Source of the DNA: Promethearchaeota archaeon
GTDB taxonomy: Archaea; Asgardarchaeota; Lokiarchaeia; Sigyniarchaeales; SOKP01
Reading direction: 5' to 3'
Length of the DNA stretch: 64,000 nucleotides
Assembly: GCA_019058445.1 (NCBI GenBank)
Contig: JAHPZA010000010.1
Span: forward strand, 192,001 to 256,000
Shown: positions 51,842 to 61,975 of the stretch, piece by piece
How positions within the stretch are numbered: position 1 is the stretch's first letter
Layout of the letters: the number at the start of each line of letters is the position of its first letter
Notes under the pieces: generated by a model
The model's input: the letters and a program-made list of their open reading frames with translations, nothing else
What the model was told of the DNA's origin: nothing
The model's database searches: none
Position numbers and translations under genes: made by a program

Positions 51842-53683
51842 ATGTGCGGTATATGCGGTTTTAATTTTGAAAATAAGGCGCTAATCAAACAGATGTGTAC
51901 TTTAATTGAGCATAGAGGTCCGGATGATGAGGGATATTATATAGACTCTGCTGTTTCGATTGGTATGAGAAGATTATCCATCATAGATTTAAATACAGGG
52001 AATCAACCTCAGCATAACGAAAATAATGATATGTGGATCGTTTTTAATGGTGAAATTTATAATTTTAGAGAATTAGGAGAACATTTAGAAGAAAAGGGAC
52101 ATAAGTTTTATACAAAATCAGATACAGAAGTTATTTTGCATTCATATGAGGAATGGGGTAAGGATTGTGTTAAAAAACTAAGGGGACAATTTTCTTTTTG
52201 TATATATGATGCAAATAAGGGGTTATTATTTTTGGCTAGAGATCATATGGGATTAAAACCGCTTTATTACTATATTGACGATGAGAAATTCATTTTTAGC
52301 TCTGAAATTAAAAGTATATTAACACACAGTATAGAAAGAAAAATCAATTTTAAGGCATTAGACTTTTATCTCTCGCTTCGATATGTCCCTTTCAATCTTA
52401 CTCTATTTGATGGAGTTTTCAAGCTACCACCGGCTAGCTATATGATTTTTAATTTGAAAACTAAACAGATTAATGTAAAAAAGTATTGGGATATAAACTT
52501 TGATACTTTTAACAACAAATCCATTGATGTATTGGCAAAAGAACTACAGATTTTAATTGAAGATAGCGTTAAAGTAAGACTTATTAGTGACGTTCCTCTA
52601 GGAGCATTTTTATCAGGGGGGTTAGATTCTTCCGCAGTTGTAGCATTTATGTCAAAGTATATGAATTCTCCCGTTAAAACATTTTCTGTACGGTTTGAAG
52701 AGGGCGCTCCAATAGACGAATCAAAATACTCTCAATTCGTTGCGGACTATTACAACACAGATCATACGGAATTGCTCGTAAGATTTCCAAGTTATAATTT
52801 ATTACCAGAATTAATATGGCACCTTGATGATTTAATTGCCGATGCTGCGATAATTCCTGTTTACCTAATGGCGAAATATGCCAAAGAAAAAATGACTGTT
52901 GCTTTAACTGGAGACGGAGCAGATGAGGTATTTGCAGGATATTCATCAGAATACCGAGCTCAGAGATATGAATTATTTAAATATATACCTCAGAATCTTC
53001 TTGATTTTTCTTTAAAATTTTATGATCATATCCCATTTCATAAAATGCAACTCTTTCTCTCTTACCTTTATTCCTCTAAAAGTGAAATGGACCGTTATTT
53101 TAGATTTATTTTAAAAGTTCCAGATGAAGAAAAAAGGAATATGATCCCATTTAAAACTATTAACATGAAACAATTGATTACAGACAAGCTTCCACGAAAT
53201 TTGGACCTAGTTAATAAATTCTCTTTATGGGATTTAAAATATCAATTACCAAGTCAGTATAATATGAAAATAGATAAAATGACAATGGCCGCATCATTAG
53301 AAGCTAGAACTCCTTTACTGGATCAAAAAATTATTAGTTTTTCGACAACTATCCCGTCAGAGCTAAAATTTAACGGTAAGATAGATAAATATATCTTTAG
53401 ACTCGCTATGAGAGATATTTTACCATCCACTATTTTAAAAAGGAAGAAAACTGGTTTTGGTACCCCCGTAAGTTTTTGGCTAAGAAAAGGCTTAAAAGAA
53501 GTTTCAGGTTCTATTTTAGAAAGCCTAGAAAAAAGAAAAATCTTAAAATCTAGATATATCAAAGTGGTTAAAAGAAATCGATCGAATCACTTATATATGG
53601 ATAGAGCCTGGAATCTTATCATGTTTGAATTATGGTATGAGACATTCTTAGAAAATGATGCAGTGAAACCAATTAAGTTTTAA
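51842..53683 (+). CDS. asnB: Asparagine synthase-like glutamine amidotransferase
   Basis: MCGI, HRGPDD, RLSIID, NGEIYN, LSGGLDSS, GDGADE, LEARTP. Confidence 0.93.
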   Translation: MCGICGFNFENKALIKQMCTLIEHRGPDDEGYYIDSAVSIGMRRLSIIDLNTGNQPQHNENNDMWIVFNGEIYNFRELGEHLEEKGHKFYTKSDTEVILHSYEEWGKDCVKKLRGQFSFCIYDANKGLLFLARDHMGLKPLYYYIDDEKFIFSSEIKSILTHSIERKINFKALDFYLSLRYVPFNLTLFDGVFKLPPASYMIFNLKTKQINVKKYWDINFDTFNNKSIDVLAKELQILIEDSVKVRLISDVPLGAFLSGGLDSSAVVAFMSKYMNSPVKTFSVRFEEGAPIDESKYSQFVADYYNTDHTELLVRFPSYNLLPELIWHLDDLIADAAIIPVYLMAKYAKEKMTVALTGDGADEVFAGYSSEYRAQRYELFKYIPQNLLDFSLKFYDHIPFHKMQLFLSYLYSSKSEMDRYFRFILKVPDEEKRNMIPFKTINMKQLITDKLPRNLDLVNKFSLWDLKYQLPSQYNMKIDKMTMAASLEARTPLLDQKIISFSTTIPSELKFNGKIDKYIFRLAMRDILPSTILKRKKTGFGTPVSFWLRKGLKEVSGSILESLEKRKILKSRYIKVVKRNRSNHLYMDRAWNLIMFELWYETFLENDAVKPIKF

Positions 53684-53764
53684 AAATATACACTCTCAAA
53701 AATAATGTTAAAATGAAAGGATCAATTTAATCTATTTAATATTGATTGATTTTATTAAAGTAGT

Positions 53765-55195
53765 ATGAAAATTTTAATATTAAATCTGCCAAGATATAAG
53801 AATTTTTCAGTGACTAGGGAAGGACGTTGTGAATTAACATTAAATCATCGTGTTGATACCCCGGCAACTCTTTTAATCATCGCAGCTTTATTAAAAGAAA
53901 AAAATTATGATTTTGACTTTATTGATGCTAATGGATTAAATTTAAGCTATTATCATATTTTAAATCAAATAAAAAGTCAAAGGTATGATATTATTGTCTT
54001 TACATTTGTATCGAGTATTATTGATCATGAATTAAAATTTTGTGATCTTGTAAAAAAAATAAATCCTTCATGTGTTACTATTGGATATTCATGGTGGGCA
54101 AGAAATTATGGGAAGGAAATCTTAAACGAATACCCTAGCTTAGATATCCTGATAATGGAAGATCCATTCTCGATCATAGAGGATTTAGTCGCTCATTTAA
54201 CTGGATATCGCGACTTGAGTAATGTAAATGGGATTGCATTCAGAGATTTCAACAACAATATAAAAGTTAATTCAGAATTAAAATCAAGAAAAAATTTTGA
54301 TGATTTACCTTTACCTGCGTATGAATTACTAGACACCTTTGAACCTTACTATATCTATTCCCCTTTAATGAAACCTTATGCATTGATTTATTCTGGTAGA
54401 GGGTGTCCCTTTGGGTGTAAATATTGTAATGTAGCGAGAACCAAATATAGTGGGAGATCTGCGAAAAATATTATAAAAGAGTTAAAACTGTTGAAAAAAC
54501 TTGGAAAAATTAAATATGTGTGGTTTTTTGATGAAATTTTTCCGATGAAACGAAAGAGAATTGTAGAAATTTGTCAAAGAATGATCAAAGAAAAAATAAA
54601 AATCAAATGGTTATGCGATTCAAGAGCAGATTTAGTTGATAGAGAACTGCTACAATTAATGAAAAGGGCAGGGTGCATTGGAATTTCCTACGGTATTGAA
54701 TCTGGAAGTCAAACAATATTAGATAATATGAATAAAGGCATTAAAGTAGAACAAGCTAAAAAAGCTTTAAAATGGACAAGAAAAGCTCATATTCCCATTC
54801 AATTAAATCTGATTTTTGGATATATCGGAGAAACTAGAAAGACATTGAAAGAAACTGAGATGTTTGTACGGGAGACACTTCCAGAATTCATACAAGTTAA
54901 CCCAATGTTAGCTTTGACTGACACAGAATTTATAAATTTAGCCATAAAAAGCGGATGGTTAAGTGAAAATATAGATTGGAAAACTAATTTAACAGTACCA
55001 TATAAAAAACTTAATAATTATAAACCTTATGAACTATCTCTGTGGAAGGAGATAGTATATTTAAACAAAATATTGCACAGTGATATAAAATGGTGGATTA
55101 CCATTATCAAAACTTTAATTTGGAATCCAAAGTTGATTTTACCTATTATTGGAATTTTTCTAAAGAAATCTGAATCAATTAACTTATTTCTATGA
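53765..55195 (+). CDS. Cobalamin-binding radical SAM protein
   Basis: N-terminal B12-like domain (REGRC, IDAN), LPLPAY, RGCPFGCKYC, DE.F, GIESGS. Confidence 0.88.
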   Translation: MKILILNLPRYKNFSVTREGRCELTLNHRVDTPATLLIIAALLKEKNYDFDFIDANGLNLSYYHILNQIKSQRYDIIVFTFVSSIIDHELKFCDLVKKINPSCVTIGYSWWARNYGKEILNEYPSLDILIMEDPFSIIEDLVAHLTGYRDLSNVNGIAFRDFNNNIKVNSELKSRKNFDDLPLPAYELLDTFEPYYIYSPLMKPYALIYSGRGCPFGCKYCNVARTKYSGRSAKNIIKELKLLKKLGKIKYVWFFDEIFPMKRKRIVEICQRMIKEKIKIKWLCDSRADLVDRELLQLMKRAGCIGISYGIESGSQTILDNMNKGIKVEQAKKALKWTRKAHIPIQLNLIFGYIGETRKTLKETEMFVRETLPEFIQVNPMLALTDTEFINLAIKSGWLSENIDWKTNLTVPYKKLNNYKPYELSLWKEIVYLNKILHSDIKWWITIIKTLIWNPKLILPIIGIFLKKSESINLFL

Positions 55196-55207
55196 ATTAG
55201 AATTTAA

Positions 55208-56020
55208 TTATTTAGTATCGCTTCTTTTAAATAAATACCAATTATTACCTATATCAAATCTCTGCTTTAAATTAATTAATTTATAATTCGGAAATTTAAT
55301 TTTCATATATTTTAATATTTCATTAACAGATGCAAATTCGTATGGATATCCACCAAGCCAATCAATGATATCAACTCGATAGTTCATCCCTCTTTTTTTT
55401 TTATAATTTTTCATAAATTTAATAGGATTTTTAAATCTAATCAATAATCCTCCGATATCATTTAAGATATAAGCAATCTGAATAATTTTTTTCAATATTT
55501 TAGGGGATTTGTTATAGAATTTCTTTATTTTTAGCCAGAAATTAGAACTTTTAAATCCCTCAACCTTGTTATATATGGTAAAAAATAAATATCCATTTTG
55601 ATCAACTAATTTTCCAGCATTTTCAATTGCCCGCCACATCTGACCAGTATGATGAAGCACTCCCCATGAATATACAATATCAAATTTTCCTAGATTTGAG
55701 TAAAATTCATCATTTAATATGGAGCCGCTAAGTATTTCCCATTTTTTTGGATTTTTTTCAATTTTCCAGAGATATTTACAGCACTCTACAGAAAATTGAT
55801 CAACATCAAAACTTATTATTTTATTAGCGTCGAGAAGAAAAGCGGCATATGAGAAAATTCCACTGCCACAACCTATATCTAAAAAACTTTTACCATCAAG
55901 AGTATTCATCCCTAAAAATTCAAGCATAGAAGTTTTTGCAGTTTCTATTCTTTCTTTATTGAGGAATTTCAAGAAACTCTGCCAGTTTTTACCAAATGAA
56001 AATGTAGGTTTGTCAATCAT
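55208..56020 (-). CDS. Class I SAM-dependent methyltransferase
   Basis: FSFGKNW, FLDIGCGSG, YSWGVLHHTG, DWLGGYPYE. Confidence 0.9.
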   Translation of the reverse strand: MIDKPTFSFGKNWQSFLKFLNKERIETAKTSMLEFLGMNTLDGKSFLDIGCGSGIFSYAAFLLDANKIISFDVDQFSVECCKYLWKIEKNPKKWEILSGSILNDEFYSNLGKFDIVYSWGVLHHTGQMWRAIENAGKLVDQNGYLFFTIYNKVEGFKSSNFWLKIKKFYNKSPKILKKIIQIAYILNDIGGLLIRFKNPIKFMKNYKKKRGMNYRVDIIDWLGGYPYEFASVNEILKYMKIKFPNYKLINLKQRFDIGNNWYLFKRSDTK

Positions 56021-56327
56021 GTTTTTTAGGTTTATTTAAACTCAAAAATCTTATTTTTATTAAGCTAGCATAATATTAAAAACAATTAAAGATATTGTTT
56101 TCTCATATTTTAACAATATAAGTACATTAGTATTATAATGATGTGGAATATTTGATTATATTGCTCCTATTAATTCTTCCAATTGTTAACCATTCTTATC
56201 GCTAATCTTCATATTTAAGAATTAATTAATTATTTAATAGATGAATTATTTCTTCAGAAAATGCTAGTTTATGTTTTTTTAAGTAAAAAAATACAGTTCT
56301 AAATAAATTCTTCAAAATCTTTAAGAA

Positions 56328-57473
56328 ATGAAACGAAAAATACTATTTTTAATCGAAAGTTTAGAGATTGGAGGGGGAGCAGAAAGAATTACCTCAATGT
56401 TAACAAGAAAAATTTCTGAAAGATTTGAGGTATTTATTTTGACTTTAAAGCATTTTAACAAAATTTATCCATATAGTGGTACTTATTATTCTCTAAATAA
56501 TAATCAAAATTCTTCAAGAATCTTTAATTTTTTAAAATTGAGCAATATTACATATTCAATCAAAATATATAAAAATATTATATCAATTTCTCCAGACTTA
56601 ATAATATCGATTACAGATTATACAAATCTAGTGATGATTTTAACTAAAACTTTATTTCGATTAAAAATTCCTCTAATTTCTGCGATACACTGCAATCCTA
56701 GTCTTGTCTATAAAAAAAATATGCCACATTTCAATTTTTTATTAAAAATATTCTATCGGTTTAATTCAGTCAACAAAATTATATCCATATCAAAAGAGGT
56801 CGAAAATATATTAGAAAAGGAATATCATATTAGAAAAGATAAATTAAAAACAATCTATAATGGGATTGATCTCGCATATATTAAGAAAATGACAAAAGAG
56901 AACATATTAGATTTTAAAAATATCTTTTATGATAATTCTATAATAAAGTTCATTACTGTGGGAAGGTTAGATATTGTCAAAGGACATAAATATCTTATAG
57001 AAGCATTCTCAAAAGTTAAAAAGAAAATTCATAATTCAAAATTATTCATTATTGGAACTGGACCGTTAAGGGATAAATTAGACTTAGTGGTTAAAGGAAA
57101 AAAACTAGAAAACGATATAATTTTTTTAGGATTTAAGGATAATCCATTTAAATATATAGCGAAATCAGACATATTTGTCTTATCATCTATTATGGAGGGC
57201 CTCCCAATGGTTTTACTTGAAGCCTTAGCATGTGGGATTCCAATTATTTCCACGGATTGTGAAACAGGTCCAAGAGAGGTTTTAGGTAATGGACGTTATG
57301 GAATGTTAGTGAGAGTTATGGATTCAAATGATTTAGCAGATAAAATGCTATTATTAGCATGGGATAGCAAATTGAAAGAAAAATATTCGAAATTATCTTT
57401 AGAAAGAGCTAATAAGTTTGAAATTAATAAGTTTGTCAATCAATGGATTGATTTGATAAATAGCTTAATATAA
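56328..57473 (+). CDS. Glycosyltransferase family 4 (WabH/PglJ-like)
   Basis: GGGAER, IYNGID, VGRL..KG, NPFKY, EGLPMVLLEA, TDC.TGPRE. Confidence 0.92.
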   Translation: MKRKILFLIESLEIGGGAERITSMLTRKISERFEVFILTLKHFNKIYPYSGTYYSLNNNQNSSRIFNFLKLSNITYSIKIYKNIISISPDLIISITDYTNLVMILTKTLFRLKIPLISAIHCNPSLVYKKNMPHFNFLLKIFYRFNSVNKIISISKEVENILEKEYHIRKDKLKTIYNGIDLAYIKKMTKENILDFKNIFYDNSIIKFITVGRLDIVKGHKYLIEAFSKVKKKIHNSKLFIIGTGPLRDKLDLVVKGKKLENDIIFLGFKDNPFKYIAKSDIFVLSSIMEGLPMVLLEALACGIPIISTDCETGPREVLGNGRYGMLVRVMDSNDLADKMLLLAWDSKLKEKYSKLSLERANKFEINKFVNQWIDLINSLI

Positions 57474-57522
57474 ACTAAAAATAAATTATTTCTTAAAAAA
57501 CATGAGGATAGATTTAATTTTT

Positions 57523-58680
57523 TCATAAATTTGATTTTAAAAACCTATACATCTTATTTGATATAACTTCAATATCATAATTTAATTTAATTTCCTCTAG
57601 CGCATTATCTAAAATCTGATTTACCAGTTCACTGTTGTTTTTATAGTAGTTTAACTGCTTCAATAAATCATTCTCAATATTTAGATCATATAATAATCCT
57701 GTTACTCCATGTTCTATCAAATCTGTATTTCCTTGAACCTTTGAAGCAATTACAAAAGTTCTCGTTGCCATTGCCTCTAGAATCACATTAGATATTCCTT
57801 CTCCATATGAAGAGTTAATTAAAACGTCTAAGTTAGGATATATTTCTTCTTTTTGTTTTTCAAATCCGATTAAAAGTACATTCTCATTTAAATTGTAGTG
57901 GTGGATAAAACGTAGAATAATATCCTTTTCAGGACCCTCGCCATAAATTAGTAGTTTATCTTCAGGGTATTTAGAAAAATATTGTTTAAAGACCTGTAAT
58001 AAAAAATGTAAATTCTTGATTTTAGTCAAGCGACCTACAAAGCCAAAATTTATTCCACTATGCCTTTTTTTTTTCAATCCAATAAATCTCTTACTTTCAA
58101 TTCCATTTGATAATTTCAAGATTCTTTTTCGGGGAAAATTTAAGTTTATTAAATCTTCATACATTTTCTGATTTATAGGCCTCATAAAATTCAATCTCTT
58201 AAGTACAAACCATTTATAAAACTTAAACCAACTATAGTTGATGAGTTTAGCCATGAAATTCTGCTTCTCTGTTAGATGTACAATCCTAATATAGTTCTCG
58301 TAATCTGTTGGCATTTTCATTAAAATAGGTACTTTAAAAATAACACGGAAAATAAAGGGTGAAATTATATGGTTGTCATGCCCACTAAGATAAATTATAT
58401 TTATCCTTTCTTTCTTATGGACTTTTATCAATCGAAAAAACGACTTCAGGATAAAAGAAATAGTATCAAGTCTATAGCTTTTTAATTTGTGAAGCTGAAA
58501 AATTGTTGTTCTTTTTGTGAATGGTTCATATTCGGTATATTTAGTAATTAAAGTAATTTTTAATGGTTCAATTCTTTCAAAAGAAGGTAGCAATAATAAT
58601 AATTGATTTTGAATTCCGCCACTTAACAACTTTAATTCTTTATTTGAGTGTGTATATTCTATATAAAAACAGATATGTAT
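57523..58680 (-). CDS. Glycosyltransferase family 4; probable ATA start at 58680
   Basis: FVGRL..KN, EGISNVILEAMA. The frame extends 17 codons upstream to (I)HICFYIE, behind an AGGTGAT SD. Confidence 0.85.
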   Translation of the reverse strand: MHICFYIEYTHSNKELKLLSGGIQNQLLLLLPSFERIEPLKITLITKYTEYEPFTKRTTIFQLHKLKSYRLDTISFILKSFFRLIKVHKKERINIIYLSGHDNHIISPFIFRVIFKVPILMKMPTDYENYIRIVHLTEKQNFMAKLINYSWFKFYKWFVLKRLNFMRPINQKMYEDLINLNFPRKRILKLSNGIESKRFIGLKKKRHSGINFGFVGRLTKIKNLHFLLQVFKQYFSKYPEDKLLIYGEGPEKDIILRFIHHYNLNENVLLIGFEKQKEEIYPNLDVLINSSYGEGISNVILEAMATRTFVIASKVQGNTDLIEHGVTGLLYDLNIENDLLKQLNYYKNNSELVNQILDNALEEIKLNYDIEVISNKMYRFLKSNL

Positions 58681-58779
58681 TTACATCACCTGGTTAAATT
58701 TATGGGTCTTATTTTTAGTGCTATCATTCTTTTACAGTATTCTCTTTTTTTATTAAAAAATTTAAGAAGTCTTGAGAGA

Positions 58780-60570
58780 TTAAATTCTTAAAATCTTTGT
58801 TAAATCTTCTGGATTTTTATCATTTATATACATTTCATACCACATATCAAAAAATAGGAGAATTAATATTTGAAAAGAGTAAAGTTGAAAGGGTCTTGGT
58901 TTTTTTGTAGATTTATGTTTATGTATTAAATTGCGAATATAATTGTAATCAAAAAACTTTTTTCTATTGTTAAAAAGCATAGCCTCAGCAGCATCTTCAA
59001 GACTATCTTTTACCCAAGCATGCATCGGAACAAAAAATCCTTGTTTTTTTCTTAATACAATTTCGCGGGGAAGATATTTAAGAGCTAATTTTTTTAAAAT
59101 AAACTTTCCATTAAGATTAGGTAATTTTTGTTTAACTCCCATATTTGCACTTAGTTCTACGATTCTATGATCTAAAAATGGAACCCTTGCTTCCATAGAA
59201 TGTGCCATCGTCATTTTATCAGCACGATTTAACTCCCAGTTTGGTAATTCATGCTTAATGTCGAATAAAAGCATTCTATTGAGTAGATTTTTTGGATAAT
59301 TTGATGTTCCATTTTTATAGAAAAGGTAGTCATGCAAAGTATTATCTTCTTTGAAAGAGAAATTTAATAATTCTGTTCTATTTTTTTTTTTAAAAGGAGA
59401 GTAATACCACATATAAAACCGACGCCTAAGATAATCCGGGATTGGTTTAAACATATTAGAACCTACATAGTAATTTACATAACCCGAAAAAAGTTCATCT
59501 GCACCTTCACCTGTATTGACAACAGTAACTTTCTTTCTAGCAAATTCGCTCAAAAAATATAATGGGACAATTGTTATTTCTGAATGGGGCTCGTCCATCT
59601 GCCAAATGAGTTTTGGAAGTTTTCTAGTAATATTTTTATAGTCTAAAATCAACTCATGATGATTTGTTGATAAATATTCAGCAACTTTGTGTGCATATTT
59701 AAATTCATCTGATTCATGCCCAAAACCAACAGTAAAAGTTTCGACTTTATCCTTTCGTAATTTAGAATTGATAGCAACTACCAAACTTGAATCAATTCCA
59801 CCTGAAAGAAAAGCACCTAAGGGAACATCGCTATTGAGCCTTAGTTCGATTGATGAAAATAAAAGTTTTTCTAGCATAGCAATTTGGTAATTTTCTGATT
59901 TATTTGATATTTCCCAGCTGAGATCCCAAAATTTTTTAACATTTAAAACTCCATTTTTAAAAAGAGCATAGTGTCCTGGTAAGAGTTTATTAATGCCAAC
60001 CAATATTGTTTTATTTGAGGGGATAAACCTATATTTCAAAAAGGAATTTAAACATTGTAAATTAATTTCTTTTTTTATATCATGCTGTAAAATTGCTTTA
60101 AGTTCAGAAGAAAAAATTAAATTCTGTCCATCATACATGTAATATAATGGTTTTATCCCGATTCTATCTCTAGCCAAAAATAATTCTTTCGTATTTGTGT
60201 CCCATATCGCTAAAGCAAACATGCCATTAAAGAGACTCAAACATTTGGAACCATATTCTTCATAAGCATAAAGAATAACTTCAGTATCTGAGGTTGATCT
60301 AAATTTATAACCGATTTTTTCAAGTTTTTCTCTAATTTCTTTATAGTTGTAAATTTCACCATTGTAAATAATCCATAGATTTCCCTTATTATTTGACATT
60401 GGTTGATGACCTGCTTGAGATAGATCGATTATAGATAATCGATTATGTCCTAATGAAATTCTACTATCAGTATATATGCCAACATCATCTGGACCACGAT
60501 GAATAAGAAGATCATTCATCTTTTTAATAAGTATTTTATCTTCCCATGTAAATCCAGATATTGAACACAT
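58780..60570 (-). CDS. asnB: Asparagine synthase-like glutamine amidotransferase (second copy)
   Basis: MCSISG (Ntn cysteine, ATG at 60570 behind GGTGA), HRGPDD, NGEIYN, LSGGIDSS, GEGADE, EARVPFLD. Confidence 0.92.
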   Translation of the reverse strand: MCSISGFTWEDKILIKKMNDLLIHRGPDDVGIYTDSRISLGHNRLSIIDLSQAGHQPMSNNKGNLWIIYNGEIYNYKEIREKLEKIGYKFRSTSDTEVILYAYEEYGSKCLSLFNGMFALAIWDTNTKELFLARDRIGIKPLYYMYDGQNLIFSSELKAILQHDIKKEINLQCLNSFLKYRFIPSNKTILVGINKLLPGHYALFKNGVLNVKKFWDLSWEISNKSENYQIAMLEKLLFSSIELRLNSDVPLGAFLSGGIDSSLVVAINSKLRKDKVETFTVGFGHESDEFKYAHKVAEYLSTNHHELILDYKNITRKLPKLIWQMDEPHSEITIVPLYFLSEFARKKVTVVNTGEGADELFSGYVNYYVGSNMFKPIPDYLRRRFYMWYYSPFKKKNRTELLNFSFKEDNTLHDYLFYKNGTSNYPKNLLNRMLLFDIKHELPNWELNRADKMTMAHSMEARVPFLDHRIVELSANMGVKQKLPNLNGKFILKKLALKYLPREIVLRKKQGFFVPMHAWVKDSLEDAAEAMLFNNRKKFFDYNYIRNLIHKHKSTKKPRPFQLYSFQILILLFFDMWYEMYINDKNPEDLTKILRI

Positions 60571-60741
60571 AATAATCACCAATGAATCCTTTAAGTCCTA
60601 CCTTAGATAACTAATACTTAAATGATCCTAAAGTTTAGATTTTAAATGTTTCAAGAAAAATAAGGTTTTTATATCTTTTAATAGTAAATTTTTTGTCAAA
60701 ACAAATTTTATATAATAAATAAAACAATTTTATAGATTATT

Positions 60742-61881
60742 TTGAAACATAAGAATTCTATGAAGAAGATTGTACTATGTACATTTTCGAATCTTGGTTC
60801 AATTGTTTATGGCGATGCTATTAATGATAGCAAATTATATGACGCCATCCCTCCTTCTTATTATAAAACGGCTATATATCCAAGCTATAATAAAAAAAAT
60901 AAAATATCATTAAAGTCAATTATCGAATTTTATAGTAGATATTTGAAAGAGATTATAAGAACAAATACCATATTTATCGTTCGCGGTCCAAAATTAACGA
61001 TTTTACCAATCTTGTTAAATAAAATCTGGAAAAATAGAGTGATCTTAAGATCAGGATGTACTCCACTGATGTTTGTTGAAAGAAAAGCTTTTGCTAGAAA
61101 TCCAGAATATCAGTCAAACGAATCATTTTTTCTAAAGTGTTTTTATTATTTTGAGCCAATTTTAGAAAAATTTGCCTTAAGGAATGTAGATGATTTTATT
61201 GTAGAAAATTCACGTGCAGCAAAAATCATAACATACTATGGGGGGTCATCAAATAAAATTGAAATTATTCCGTATTATATTCAGGAGTATTTTCTAAAAA
61301 GTAGTAATCCAAAGTATGATATATCTAAGGACTGCTTGAAGATAGGTTATGTTGGTAGATTCAAAAAATATGATTTGATTATCCCAATTATTAATGCTAT
61401 TACCTTGTTAAAAAGAGAAAACTACAATATTAAATTAAATCTAATTGGAGATGGCCCCAAAAGAACAAATATTCAAAATTTAGTATTAAAAAAAGAATTA
61501 TATGATAATGTAGTATTTCTAGGGGAAAAGTCCCATAGAGAAGTATCTGATCTGGTTAACGATTTTCATTGTCTATTATTCCCAATGCTTAATAACTTGT
61601 GTCCCTCTACAATCGCGATTAAAATTCTTGAAAGTGTAATGAAAGGTAAAATCATTATTACAACTAATAGTGGCAACAATGTCTCTTTATTTCTTGATAA
61701 CAAGGATTTAATCTTAAAGTCTACTACGGATAAAGCTATTGCTGAGAAAATTAAATTAGTAATCAATAATTATCAAAAGTACAAAATTATTGCAGAAAAT
61801 CTAAGACAACATCACTCTAAATTCCGTTCGAAGTCAATTTATAGAAAATTGTTAACAGAGTTATTAAACAAAACTCATTAA
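60742..61881 (+). CDS. Glycosyltransferase family 4
   Basis: YVGRF, IGDGP, FLG, KILES..G..II.T; ATG at 60760 is an alternative start. Confidence 0.8.
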   Translation: MKHKNSMKKIVLCTFSNLGSIVYGDAINDSKLYDAIPPSYYKTAIYPSYNKKNKISLKSIIEFYSRYLKEIIRTNTIFIVRGPKLTILPILLNKIWKNRVILRSGCTPLMFVERKAFARNPEYQSNESFFLKCFYYFEPILEKFALRNVDDFIVENSRAAKIITYYGGSSNKIEIIPYYIQEYFLKSSNPKYDISKDCLKIGYVGRFKKYDLIIPIINAITLLKRENYNIKLNLIGDGPKRTNIQNLVLKKELYDNVVFLGEKSHREVSDLVNDFHCLLFPMLNNLCPSTIAIKILESVMKGKIIITTNSGNNVSLFLDNKDLILKSTTDKAIAEKIKLVINNYQKYKIIAENLRQHHSKFRSKSIYRKLLTELLNKTH

Positions 61882-61975
61882 AACCGATTATTATGCTTTA
61901 AATTTAATATTAAAATAAATTTAATTAACTTTTGATTATTGTTAAAAATAAGATTTCTGAAATTGGAATAAAACA

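Noticed and set aside
50428-55195. Hopanoid/terpene cluster (squalene cyclase-like repeats plus HpnJ-like radical SAM)
   Set aside because: The toroid protein is only 387 aa and lacks the DxDD motif; no other isoprenoid genes are present.
51842-60570. Lasso peptide/RiPP cluster (AsnB-like cyclase plus radical SAM)
   Set aside because: Both AsnB copies have intact glutaminase domains; no precursor peptide, B protein/RRE or SPASM domain was seen.
5277-61766. Other 60-114 aa ORFs in the track (e.g. 5277, 12610, 14503, 17214, 24699, 30587, 48689, 49289, 49828, 52674, 57029)
   Set aside because: They overlap well-supported genes antisense or out of frame and have no recognisable motifs.
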